Source of the DNA: Actinomycetota bacterium
Lineage (GTDB): Bacteria > Actinomycetota > AC-67
Direction: 5' to 3'
DNA: 64,000 nucleotides
Assembly (NCBI GenBank): GCA_041658565.1
Contig: JBAZZY010000010.1
Location: 11,881 to 75,880, forward strand
Each line of letters opens with the position of its first letter. Within the stretch, counting starts at the first letter, position 1. The position numbers and the translations under genes were made by a program. The notes under the pieces are model-generated. The model did not search any database. It was not told the DNA's origin and saw only the letters and a program-made list of their open reading frames with translations. Of the stretch, positions 47,329 through 56,479 are shown piece by piece.

Positions 47329-48473
47329 GCATCACACTTCCCGGACGCGAAACGCTCCGGACGTTCGATCCCGGTGCGGATAGGCTGAACGCAACAATGC
47401 AAACGGCCTTCGCAACTGAAGGACTCGTGAAGTTCTACGGTGACACGCCCGCGGTCGCCGGGGTGCACGTCGATGTTGCGCGCGCGGAGATCCTCGCCCT
47501 GCTGGGCCCCAGCGGCTGCGGCAAGACAACGTTCTTGCGCCTGATCGCCGGCTTCGAGCGTCCCGACGCCGGAGTCGTGCGCTTCGGTGACCAACAGATG
47601 GCCGGACCGCACCGATTCGTTCCGCCGGAGCGTCGGAGCGTCGGCTTCGTCTTCCAAGACTACGCTTTGTTCCCGCACATGAGAGTCGCCGATAACGTCG
47701 GCTACGGCGTCAGAGGAGACCGCGCTCGACGCCGATCCCGAGTCACGCAGGCACTTGATCTTGTAGGTCTCGGCGACCTCGGCGATCGATACCCACACGA
47801 GTTGTCCGGCGGTCAGCAGCAGCGCGTCGCGCTGGCGCGCGCGCTGGCGCCGGAGCCGCAGATCGTGCTGCTCGACGAGCCGTTCTCGAACCTCGACGCG
47901 GACCTGCGGACGCGGGTGCGAACCGAGGTGCGCGACATCTTGCGCGCGGCGGGCGCCACAGCGATCTTCGTAACGCACGATCAAGAAGAAGCGCTGGAGA
48001 TAGCCGATCGCGTGGCCGTGATGCACGACGGACGCATCGAGCAGATCGGGCGGCCCGAGGAGATCTACCACACGCCGGCGACGCGCTTCGTCGCGGACTT
48101 CGTCGGCGAAGCCGAGTTCCTTCCTGCCGTCGTAAAGAACAACCTTCTCTCCACCGACCTCGGCTCGTTCGCGTTGCCGAACTCGGGCGTAACCCCCGGC
48201 CCCGGCGAACTGATGCTGCGGCCGGAGGACATCCACCTGTCGCTCGATCCATCCAGCGAAGCCGAAGTCGTTGCCGAGCGATTCCACGGCCCGTTCAACC
48301 GCACAGTCGTGCGGTTGCCGTCGGGCCGGATGCTCGTTTCCGCACACTCGTCGCAAGCGACGTTCCACCCCGGCGACCGAGTACGAGTCGAGTTCCGCCC
48401 GGATCACCTGGTCCTGTTCCGCGGCGAGACGCGCGCCGCGTGGATCCCCGCCGGTCCGCGCGCGGGGACGTAG
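47325..48473 (+). CDS. fbpC: Fe(3+) ABC transporter ATP-binding protein (FbpC) with C-terminal TOBE-like domain
   Basis: Walker A GPSGCGKTT, signature LSGGQQQRVALARAL, Walker B VLLDEPFSNLD. ATGA overlap with the permease. Confidence 0.85.
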   Translation: MSITLPGRETLRTFDPGADRLNATMQTAFATEGLVKFYGDTPAVAGVHVDVARAEILALLGPSGCGKTTFLRLIAGFERPDAGVVRFGDQQMAGPHRFVPPERRSVGFVFQDYALFPHMRVADNVGYGVRGDRARRRSRVTQALDLVGLGDLGDRYPHELSGGQQQRVALARALAPEPQIVLLDEPFSNLDADLRTRVRTEVRDILRAAGATAIFVTHDQEEALEIADRVAVMHDGRIEQIGRPEEIYHTPATRFVADFVGEAEFLPAVVKNNLLSTDLGSFALPNSGVTPGPGELMLRPEDIHLSLDPSSEAEVVAERFHGPFNRTVVRLPSGRMLVSAHSSQATFHPGDRVRVEFRPDHLVLFRGETRAAWIPAGPRAGT

Positions 48474-48491
48474 TCCGCCCCGCCAACCACC

Positions 48492-49493
48492 TCAGCCCAG
48501 CGAAAGCGCCGGGTTTGCGCCGATGTCCCAGGATGCTCGGTCGCCTCGCTCGAACCGGCGCGCGCCCGCTGCCGCGATCATCGCGCCGTTGTCGGTGCAC
48601 AACGCGATCGAAGGGACGACGACGCGAATGCCGGACTCCTCCCCCGCCGCGCGCATGCGCGCGCGCAGTCGCGAGTTCGCCGCGACCCCACCGGCGAGGA
48701 CCACCGTGTCGATGCCCAGATCGCGCGCGGCGCGGATCGTCTTGGTGACGAGCACGTCGACGATTGCCTCTTGAAAAGACGCCGCAAGATCGGCCGGATC
48801 GAACGAGTCCTCGAGGTTCTGCCGTTCGCGAACCCATCGGATGACGGCAGTCTTCAAGCCCGACATAGAGAAGTCGTAGTTCGGCTCACCCAGCAGCGCG
48901 CGCGGAAAACGATACGCCGACGCATCGCCCGACGCGGCCAGTCGATCGATCACCGGACCGCCGGGGAACCCCAGACCGAGGAATCGCGCAACCTTGTCGA
49001 AGGCTTCCCCTACCGCGTCGTCAATCGTCTGGCCAAGGATCTCGAACCGGCCGTGCTCCGGCATCACCGCAATCATGGTGTGTCCCCCGGAAACGATGAG
49101 CGCAACGACCGGCGGCTGCACGGATGGATCTTCGAGGAATGACGCCTCGATGTGCCCTTCCAGATGGTTGACTCCAATCAGCGGGATGTCCAGCGTTGCA
49201 GCCATCGCCTTTGCCGCGGCGACTCCTACGATGAGCGCGCCGACGAGCCCGGGTCCAACCGTAACCGCAACGGCGTCCAGATCACGCGGGCCGACGCCTG
49301 CTTCCGCGAGCGACTGCTCGATCGCAGGTGTCACCGTCATTACGTGCGTTCTACCGGCAATCTCGGGAACGACGCCGCCGAACGGTGCATGCAGGTCGAT
49401 TTGGGACGAGATGATGTTGGAGCGCACGGCTCCGTCCACCAGGACCGCGATTCCCGTCTCGTCGCAGGAGGTCTCAATTCCGAGAATGATCAC
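48492..49493 (-). CDS. tsaD: tRNA N6-adenosine threonylcarbamoyltransferase TsaD
   Basis: MIILGIETSCDETGIAVL…GVNHLEGH. Confidence 0.95.
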   Translation of the reverse strand: MIILGIETSCDETGIAVLVDGAVRSNIISSQIDLHAPFGGVVPEIAGRTHVMTVTPAIEQSLAEAGVGPRDLDAVAVTVGPGLVGALIVGVAAAKAMAATLDIPLIGVNHLEGHIEASFLEDPSVQPPVVALIVSGGHTMIAVMPEHGRFEILGQTIDDAVGEAFDKVARFLGLGFPGGPVIDRLAASGDASAYRFPRALLGEPNYDFSMSGLKTAVIRWVRERQNLEDSFDPADLAASFQEAIVDVLVTKTIRAARDLGIDTVVLAGGVAANSRLRARMRAAGEESGIRVVVPSIALCTDNGAMIAAAGARRFERGDRASWDIGANPALSLG

Positions 49494-50023
49494 AATCCAA
49501 CGGCTCCCCGGATTCGCGCCAAGCGCTCGGTGATTTCGTAGGACTGCACGTTCTCAACCCACATCACCAGCGCGTCCTCCCCGGTCTCCGCGTAGTAATT
49601 GCGCCGAACGCCGACCGGTCGGAAACCGAACCATGCGTACAGTCGCTGCGCCGGCCAGTTGGCAACACGAACTTCAAGCGCAATCGACGTTGCGGCGCGC
49701 GCGCGCGCCTCGTCGAACAGATTCAGCATGATGCGGGTTCCCACTCCCCGATGCTGCACCAACGGATCCGTTGCGATCGTCGTGATGTGGCCTTCTCCCT
49801 GGTGCACCATGAGTCCGCCGTACCCGACGAGCCGGTGCTCCTCAATCGCAACCACATAGTGGCGCGTCTTACGCTGCGACAACTCGCTGAAGAACAGCGC
49901 CGCGCTCCAGGGACGGGGGTAGACCTGCCGTTCGATCTCAAGAACCTCGCGCACGTGGCGGCGGCGCATGGGAGTGATCTCGATGGGCAGCAAACCGCGA
50001 GGGGGATCGGCTTCGGCTCTCAT
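49490..50023 (-). CDS. rimI: Ribosomal-protein-alanine N-acetyltransferase RimI (GNAT)
   Basis: GNAT motif A QHRGVGTRIM. Start chosen to overlap tsaB stop (ATGA). The ORF extends to 50098. Confidence 0.8.
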   Translation of the reverse strand: MRAEADPPRGLLPIEITPMRRRHVREVLEIERQVYPRPWSAALFFSELSQRKTRHYVVAIEEHRLVGYGGLMVHQGEGHITTIATDPLVQHRGVGTRIMLNLFDEARARAATSIALEVRVANWPAQRLYAWFGFRPVGVRRNYYAETGEDALVMWVENVQSYEITERLARIRGAVGL

Positions 50024-50766
50024 CCGGCCTCCCCACGCGCTCGCTTGGAAACCTGAACTCGCATCGGTCGCTCGATCGTGACGCCTCTGTCGGCCCACTT
50101 GATCTCGGCATCCGACTTGCGAACATACAGCGGCTCGATCAGCGCGGGAACGACGCCCTCGCCGCTCTCGAGGCGCGGCGACGCGAGTTCCACGAGCACC
50201 GCCGCCGACGGGAATGCGCGATCCGGCGGAGCGACGCTGCCGAGGCCGGCGAGTTGATCCGGGTACGCGGATACCCCATCTCCGACCATCAGCACAGGCT
50301 GCCCGCGTGACTGCAACTCATCTGCGAGATCCGACGGATCCCACGCGCGGTACTCGTCGAGTCGCTCGACTCCGACGGGCGCGCGCCGGTACATCGACGC
50401 GAAGACCTGGCCCCTGCGGGCGTCAATGCACGCGCAGATCACGCTCGACGTGTCGCGCACTCCCGCGGCTAGCAGGTCCAAGCTCGACACTCCGACCACC
50501 GGCACTTCGAGCATCTGCGCCACGGTCTTCGCGGTCACGATGCCGACACGCATACTCGTGAACAACCCGGGGCCGATTCCTGCGGCGACCCCGCCGACCT
50601 CGCGAAGATCCGTCTTGGTGAGTTCGAGCAGCGACCGCATTGCGGGAACCAGAAACTCCACATGCCCGCGGCCGCGCGCAACGACGATGCTGCCGAGGAC
50701 TCCCTGCGAGTTCGCAAGGGCAACCGAGGAGACCGGCGTCGAGGTCTCGAACCCGAGCACCAGCAT
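50020..50766 (-). CDS. tsaB: tRNA threonylcarbamoyladenosine biosynthesis protein TsaB
   Basis: MLVLGFETSTPVSSVAL… inactive-Kae1-like fold. Placed between tsaE and rimI. Confidence 0.85.
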   Translation of the reverse strand: MLVLGFETSTPVSSVALANSQGVLGSIVVARGRGHVEFLVPAMRSLLELTKTDLREVGGVAAGIGPGLFTSMRVGIVTAKTVAQMLEVPVVGVSSLDLLAAGVRDTSSVICACIDARRGQVFASMYRRAPVGVERLDEYRAWDPSDLADELQSRGQPVLMVGDGVSAYPDQLAGLGSVAPPDRAFPSAAVLVELASPRLESGEGVVPALIEPLYVRKSDAEIKWADRGVTIERPMRVQVSKRARGEAG

Positions 50767-51254
50767 CAGGCCTCCGCCGCCCATCCGGCACACGCTTTGC
50801 GCAAGGACTCCCAGTCCCGATCCCAGCGTCTCCCCGACGCGCGAATCACGATTCGGCGCCGCTCCTCATCATGCTGCGTCATCTCTATCTCCAGACGATC
50901 GGCCGGCAGCGCGCCGTCGACCGCGTCGCCCCACTCCACGAACGTCACCGAGCCGGGATCGAACACCTCTTCGTAGCCCAAGTCGTACAGCTCCTGCAAG
51001 GAATTCAGTCGATAGACATCGACGTGCACGACCCGCGCAGACCCCGCGTATTCCCGCACCAGCACGAACGACGGGCTCTGCACCCGGGCCCGCACGCCCA
51101 GCGCTGCCGCCGCCCCTTGCACTAGACAAGTCTTTCCCGCCCCGAGATCGCCCGACAACGACACCACATCTCCCGGCGCCAAGAAACCGGCCAACGCGCC
51201 GCCGATCGCACGGGTCACCTCGGGCGAGGTCGAGACACACTCCATTTCCAGCAC
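50766..51254 (-). CDS. tsaE: tRNA threonylcarbamoyladenosine biosynthesis ATPase TsaE (GTG start)
   Basis: P-loop GDLGAGKT. AAGGAGG sits 8 nt upstream of the GTG at 51254. Confidence 0.8.
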   Translation of the reverse strand: MLEMECVSTSPEVTRAIGGALAGFLAPGDVVSLSGDLGAGKTCLVQGAAAALGVRARVQSPSFVLVREYAGSARVVHVDVYRLNSLQELYDLGYEEVFDPGSVTFVEWGDAVDGALPADRLEIEMTQHDEERRRIVIRASGRRWDRDWESLRKACAGWAAEA

Positions 51255-51268
51255 CGGGATTTCCTCCT

Positions 51269-51898
51269 TCAGAAAAGCCCCGGTTGTGGCGCGGAGTCGC
51301 CGTCGCCCGATACCGCATCCTCGCCCGGCACGGCACGCAACTCCTCGAGCACTTTGGACAGGAACCGGAAGTCGTCTTCCATCTGGGACATCGCCGTGCC
51401 GCTGCGGCCGCTGTGCAGCACGGCGGCGGGATGGAACGTGGGCACCAGTACCCGGCCCATCACCTCGTAGCGCTTGCCCCGCAATCGAGAGATCCCAACC
51501 TGAGTTTGCAGCAAGAACCTCGTGGCGAAGTTCCCCAACGAACACACAACTAGAGGGTCGACCAGATCCATCTGTTCGGTCAACCACGGCGTGCACGCTT
51601 CGATCTCGCCGGGCTGCGGATCGCGATTGCTCGGCGGGCGACACTTCAAAACATTGGCGACGTAAACGTCATCGCGCGTAAGTCCGATCCCTTCGATCAG
51701 CTCGTTCAGCAGATTCCCGGCCGCGCCGACGAATGGAACGCCTTTCCGATCCTCGTGGAATCCGGGAGCCTCTCCTATGAACATCAGCTCCGCGGCGGGG
51801 TCACCGGAGGCGAACACGACCTGCGTCCGCGTTTGCGACAAGTCGCATCGCGCGCACTGCGCGGCATCGCGCGCGGCGGCATCGATCGTTCTCGTCAC
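51269..51898 (-). CDS. Uracil-DNA glycosylase, family 4
   Basis: CxxC Fe-S start (AAQCARCDL), GEAPG motif, HPAAVL C-terminal motif. Confidence 0.85.
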   Translation of the reverse strand: MTRTIDAAARDAAQCARCDLSQTRTQVVFASGDPAAELMFIGEAPGFHEDRKGVPFVGAAGNLLNELIEGIGLTRDDVYVANVLKCRPPSNRDPQPGEIEACTPWLTEQMDLVDPLVVCSLGNFATRFLLQTQVGISRLRGKRYEVMGRVLVPTFHPAAVLHSGRSGTAMSQMEDDFRFLSKVLEELRAVPGEDAVSGDGDSAPQPGLF

Positions 51899-52806
51899 GC
51901 GCTCCCCCCATGCATTCGACCAAGAGCGGGGGCACCGGCGACGCCGGTTGCCGCGCGCACTCCGCGACGCACCGCCTCGGCCACCAAGTCCGCCGCCATC
52001 CGTCCAACCATCTCCGTGTGCGCCGGAACCCGGCGTGTGGACAACGCGAACACGGTATCGCCGTCGAACAAGGTATGCACAGGCCGGATCGCCCTGGCAA
52101 GGCCCGTCGCCGCCATGCGGGCGACGCGCGACAACTCGTCACGTGAAAGCGTCCCGTTGGTGGCGACACACACCAGCGTGGTCGATGTCGACCGCGGAAG
52201 CGAAAACGCAGCTTTCGCGCGCGCTCCGGCGAGAACCTCACCCGACTCATCGATGACGTCGCCGAGCGCATTTACGACTGCGATCACGCCGACGACCAAG
52301 TCCCCCTCGGCGCGCGATGAGCCCCCGATTCCGCCCCGGCTCTGATGCTCGAGCCCTGCGGTCTTGCCGACCGTTGCCCCCATCCCGGCGCCGACATTGC
52401 CCTCCCGGGACTCCTCGGCCTCGGCCGCTTCGCAAGCCGCATAGCCCTCGGCCGGACCGGGCCGAACACTCGGATCTCCGATCCCCAGGTCGTAGATCAC
52501 GGCCGCAGGAACGACCGGCACGCGCGCGCCCGGCGCCGCCACTCCGACGCCACGCTCTTCAAGCCACCGCATGACGCCGTCGGCTGCCGCCAGGCCGAAC
52601 GCAGACCCGCCGGTGAGCAAGATCCCATGAACTTCCTGCACCAGCGATCCCGGTGACAAGGCATCCATCTCGCGCGTGCCCGGCGCGCCCCCCGCGACGA
52701 ACGCGGCGGCCGCAGTGCCCGGCGGCGGAAGGATGACGGTGCAGCCGGTGAGCGCATGATCATCGGACCAGTGCCCCACTCGGATCTCGGGGACCGCCGT
52801 AATCAT
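51895..52806 (-). CDS. P1/S58-family aminopeptidase (DmpA-like)
   Basis: GHWSDDHALTGCTVIL…TGGSAFGL…TLVCVATNGTLSR match the S58 autoproteolytic family. Confidence 0.7.
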   Translation of the reverse strand: MITAVPEIRVGHWSDDHALTGCTVILPPPGTAAAAFVAGGAPGTREMDALSPGSLVQEVHGILLTGGSAFGLAAADGVMRWLEERGVGVAAPGARVPVVPAAVIYDLGIGDPSVRPGPAEGYAACEAAEAEESREGNVGAGMGATVGKTAGLEHQSRGGIGGSSRAEGDLVVGVIAVVNALGDVIDESGEVLAGARAKAAFSLPRSTSTTLVCVATNGTLSRDELSRVARMAATGLARAIRPVHTLFDGDTVFALSTRRVPAHTEMVGRMAADLVAEAVRRGVRAATGVAGAPALGRMHGGSA

Positions 52807-53846
52807 CGCGTCGTTGTCGCGGCAACGCGGGCGACGAAGCGTCGCACGTGATCGTTGAACTCCTCGTGCCGCTCAAGCATCGAGCTGTGTCCGGCTCCCT
52901 TCAGAACGACGAGTTCCGCGCCGGGGATGGCGCGCGCCATGCGCACCGACGCCCCAGGCGGCGTGAGCCGGTCGTGCGAACCGACGATGATCAGCACGGG
53001 GATGTCGATGACCGGCAACACCGTCGTCACATCGAAGCCGAGCAACGTCGGCAGCAGGCGCTCCCAGACCTCAGACGGAACCTCAGCAAGCATGCGTTCG
53101 ACGAAGTCCACTTGCGCCGGAGACGGGCTCGGACCGAATCCGAAGAACCGCGCCGACAAGTACGCGATCGAGCTGCCGTTGGCGCGCATTCGATCGACGG
53201 TATCCGCCCTGCCGGTGAGCGCGCGCATGAGACCCTCTTGCAACGCTTGAGATACGGCGCGCGCGCGCCGTCCCGCGCCGTAGAGCACGCCTCCCATAAC
53301 GTCGGCGGCCGTCGTGTCGACGAGCACAAGACCTCCCACACGCCGACCGATCTGTTCGCCGAACAACTCGCAGTACTTCAACGCGGTCATGCCGCCCATC
53401 GAATGACCGACCACGACTGCGGGACCGTCGCCGGTCGTTTCGCTCAGCACGGCGTGTAGATCGCGAGCGAGTGCCTCCAGCGACCAATCCTGCGACTCCG
53501 GACGTCCGCTGCGACCGTGCCCGCGATGGTCGTAGAGCACCAGTCGCATGTCTTCGGCGAGCCCGGTGATCTGGTGATGCCACAACGTGAGGTTCAGCGA
53601 AAACCCGTGCGAAAACACCACGGTAGGCCCGCTGCCGGCCTGCTCGACGTTGAGCAGTGTCCCGTCGAACGACGGGATCGGACCGATGGACGCGCCGCGC
53701 ACGCTTCCGTACGCCTCTTTTGCGAACGGGTCGGCACGGCTTCGGTCACGACGGACGAACGCGCGCTCGGCGGCTATCCCGCCCGCAACTGCCGCAGCAA
53801 TCGCCGCTGCGGAGATCGCACCCGCGCGCAACCCTCGCTTAGCCAC
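52803..53846 (-). CDS. Alpha/beta-fold hydrolase
   Basis: VVFSHGFSLN…GHSMGGM nucleophile elbow. C-terminal HxxML. Confidence 0.7.
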   Translation of the reverse strand: MAKRGLRAGAISAAAIAAAVAGGIAAERAFVRRDRSRADPFAKEAYGSVRGASIGPIPSFDGTLLNVEQAGSGPTVVFSHGFSLNLTLWHHQITGLAEDMRLVLYDHRGHGRSGRPESQDWSLEALARDLHAVLSETTGDGPAVVVGHSMGGMTALKYCELFGEQIGRRVGGLVLVDTTAADVMGGVLYGAGRRARAVSQALQEGLMRALTGRADTVDRMRANGSSIAYLSARFFGFGPSPSPAQVDFVERMLAEVPSEVWERLLPTLLGFDVTTVLPVIDIPVLIIVGSHDRLTPPGASVRMARAIPGAELVVLKGAGHSSMLERHEEFNDHVRRFVARVAATTTR

Positions 53847-54963
53847 GGAACACCCTCGGGATGCGAGGCGAAACCCTCGTCACGACTTCGTAGTTGATGG
53901 TCCCGGTGGCAGCAGCCACTGCCTCGACACCGATTCGTTCGCCGCCCTGTTCGCCGATCAGCACGATCTCGTCCCCCACCTCGCACTCGTCGTCTCCAAG
54001 ATCCGCCATGAAGGAATCCATGCACACGGTCCCCACCGCAGGGTAGCGCCGTCCACCGATAAGCACGTCGGCGTTGGAGGACAACCCGCGCGGCCATCCG
54101 TCCGCGTACCCGAGCGGGATCGTGACGATGGTTGCGTCCCGCTTCAGCCGGTACCGATGCCCATAGGACACCGCCTCGCCGCCACGAACTCGCTTGACCA
54201 TCGCCGCGCGCGCCTTCAGTGTCAGCGCCGGTCGCAACGCGACAATCCCGTCACACTTGGGGCCCGGAGACAAGCCGTACATCGCGATCCCGACACGCAC
54301 CATGTCGAAGTGCGCGTCGGGTCGCGTGAGCGAGGCAGCGGAATTCCCGGCGTGCAGCAAGCGCGGTTCGATCCCATGCGCGCGCAACTCATCGACTGCC
54401 GCAGCGAAGCGCGACAACTGCACTGAAATGAACGGATGATCCGGCTCGTCGGCAAAAGCGAAGTGCGTGAAAGCTCCCTCGATCTCCACGAGCGGGTGCG
54501 CGCGCAGCGCCAGGGCAAACTCATCGATTCGATCCGACGGCCAGCCGAGCCGATTGAGCCCGGTGTCGATCTTCACGTGCGCGCGGATCGGGCTTCCCGC
54601 GCGCGCCGCCGCAGCTCCCAGCGCCTCGAGGCCGGCAATCGTGAACACCGCAGGCGTCAAGTCCCTCGCCAAGACCTCCGCGGCGCGATCGTACGCAGGT
54701 TCCTGCATCAGCAGCACCGGCGCACCGATCCCCGCCTCGCGCAGCCGAATCCCTTCCTCCAGCAGCACCACACCCAACCCGGCCGCCCCGGCCTCAAGGG
54801 CCGCGCGCGCCACTTCGACGTCGCCGTGGCCGTAAGCATTTGCCTTCACCACCGCCATGATGCGCGTGCCGTGGTTCAGGCCTGTCGCGATATTCACAAG
54901 GTTCGCCCGAATAGCTCCGAGATCCACCTCGGCCCACGCGGGGCGCGGCGCGCGCGCGATCAC
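53839..54963 (-). CDS. alr: Alanine racemase (GTG start overlapping upstream stop)
   Basis: PLP-lysine motif AVVKANAYGHG. C-terminal catalytic Tyr region (SMDSFMADL). The ORF extends to 55074. Confidence 0.9.
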   Translation of the reverse strand: MIARAPRPAWAEVDLGAIRANLVNIATGLNHGTRIMAVVKANAYGHGDVEVARAALEAGAAGLGVVLLEEGIRLREAGIGAPVLLMQEPAYDRAAEVLARDLTPAVFTIAGLEALGAAAARAGSPIRAHVKIDTGLNRLGWPSDRIDEFALALRAHPLVEIEGAFTHFAFADEPDHPFISVQLSRFAAAVDELRAHGIEPRLLHAGNSAASLTRPDAHFDMVRVGIAMYGLSPGPKCDGIVALRPALTLKARAAMVKRVRGGEAVSYGHRYRLKRDATIVTIPLGYADGWPRGLSSNADVLIGGRRYPAVGTVCMDSFMADLGDDECEVGDEIVLIGEQGGERIGVEAVAAATGTINYEVVTRVSPRIPRVFRG

Positions 54964-56477
54964 CCGGCCACCTCGTGCAGCAAGGGGCCGATCTCGGCGG
55001 CCAGTGCCGAGGCGTTGGACGTGTGCGGATCGAGTCGCGCGGCCAAACGGTCGCCCGCCGCGCCGTGCAGCCACACACCCAGCGCGATCAAGCGCGCGTT
55101 CACCGGCTCACCGCGAGCCGCTGCCTGCGCCGCCAGCGCGCCGAGCATCCCGGTAAGTACGTCGCCGGTCCCACCTTGAGCAAGCGAGGGCCCGCCGGTT
55201 GGGTTCACCCATGTCTCACCGTCGGGCGCGGCGATCACAGTCCCGGGACCCTTGAAGACGATCAAGCACCCCGACTCCGCCGCTGCATCGGAGGCGGCCG
55301 CAAGCCTGTCGGAATCGAGTTTGGAAGCGCTTTGTCCGCTCAACCGAGCGAGTTCGCCGGCGTGCGGCGTGAGGACGACCGGCGCGGATCGGGCGCGCGC
55401 CGGTCCGGCGAGGTCCCCCGCGAAAACGCCCAACCCGTCGGCATCAAGCACCACGGGTATATCCAGACGCGCAAGCAGTTCCCGCACGGCGGCGACTGCT
55501 TGAGGCTGGGTGGTGAGGCCGGGTCCGACTGCGACGGCGTGAAACTCCGAGGCGCGCGCGCAGATCGCTTCGACCGCCGACGCATCGAACGTGTCGGACG
55601 AAAGCGGGATCGTGGTGACCTCCGGCGTGCGTGTCACGGCCGCGCGGCAAGCGGCCTCGGGAGCACACAGAACCGTCAATCCCGCACCGGTGTGCATGCC
55701 CGCCGAAACCACCAGTGCTGCCGCCCCGGGCATCGCTGTCGATCCTGCCACGACCAGAAGCGTCCCGGCACTTCGCTTGTGCTCGCCCGGGGCCCTTCGC
55801 GGCAGCGCGCGCGCAACGTCGGATCGCTCCAACGCGCGCGCCGAACCGCCTGCGAGATCCACCGGAACCCCGATCCCGGCCACCTGGATCCGTCCGGCGT
55901 GGACGGCGCCGGGAACGAAGAGCAATCCGGGCTTGAGTCCACCGAGCGTCACCGTGACGTCGGCACGGACGGCGACTCCGGGCACAGAACCGGTGTCGGC
56001 GTCGATGCCGGACGGAACATCTATGGACAGAACCGGTGCGGTCGCGCGCGCAATCGCTTCGATGGCTGCGGCAGACGGACCCTCGGGCGCGCGCGCCAGT
56101 CCGACACCCAAGACCGCATCGATCACCAGATCCGCGCGCGCCAACTCACGATCGAGCAACGCGGAATCACAGACCCTGCCGCGGAAACCCTCGAGCTGAG
56201 CGGCCGGCAGCGCGGCAAGCGGACCCGCGACCGGCACCACCACAACGTGCGCCCCCCAGCCCGTAAGAAACCGCCCGGCAACGATCCCGTCACCGCCGTT
56301 GTTGCCTTTTCCGCACACAACGACGATGCGGAGGCCGGAAGTTCCCCCGAGCATCGCGCGCGCGGCGCGCGCAACGGCGAACCCAGCGTTGCGCATAAGA
56401 CCGGCCACCGGAATCCCGCGCGCGACACACGCCGCGTCCTGATTCCGGACGTCCGCAGCTCGCAGGACGTCAAGCAT
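54960..56477 (-). CDS. nnr: Bifunctional NAD(P)H-hydrate epimerase/ADP-dependent dehydratase (Nnr; YjeF-N + YjeF-C)
   Basis: CGKGNNGGDG (YjeF-N) and C-terminal GTGDVLTGMLGALAAQ (carbohydrate-kinase-like YjeF-C). Confidence 0.85.
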   Translation of the reverse strand: MLDVLRAADVRNQDAACVARGIPVAGLMRNAGFAVARAARAMLGGTSGLRIVVVCGKGNNGGDGIVAGRFLTGWGAHVVVVPVAGPLAALPAAQLEGFRGRVCDSALLDRELARADLVIDAVLGVGLARAPEGPSAAAIEAIARATAPVLSIDVPSGIDADTGSVPGVAVRADVTVTLGGLKPGLLFVPGAVHAGRIQVAGIGVPVDLAGGSARALERSDVARALPRRAPGEHKRSAGTLLVVAGSTAMPGAAALVVSAGMHTGAGLTVLCAPEAACRAAVTRTPEVTTIPLSSDTFDASAVEAICARASEFHAVAVGPGLTTQPQAVAAVRELLARLDIPVVLDADGLGVFAGDLAGPARARSAPVVLTPHAGELARLSGQSASKLDSDRLAAASDAAAESGCLIVFKGPGTVIAAPDGETWVNPTGGPSLAQGGTGDVLTGMLGALAAQAAARGEPVNARLIALGVWLHGAAGDRLAARLDPHTSNASALAAEIGPLLHEVAG

Positions 56478-56479
56478 GG

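Noticed and set aside
45846-48473. 875-aa ORF spanning fbpB and fbpC
   Set aside because: Only the terminal 382 aa (from MSITLP at 47325) are the FbpC ATPase. The remainder is an Arg-rich shadow frame over fbpB.
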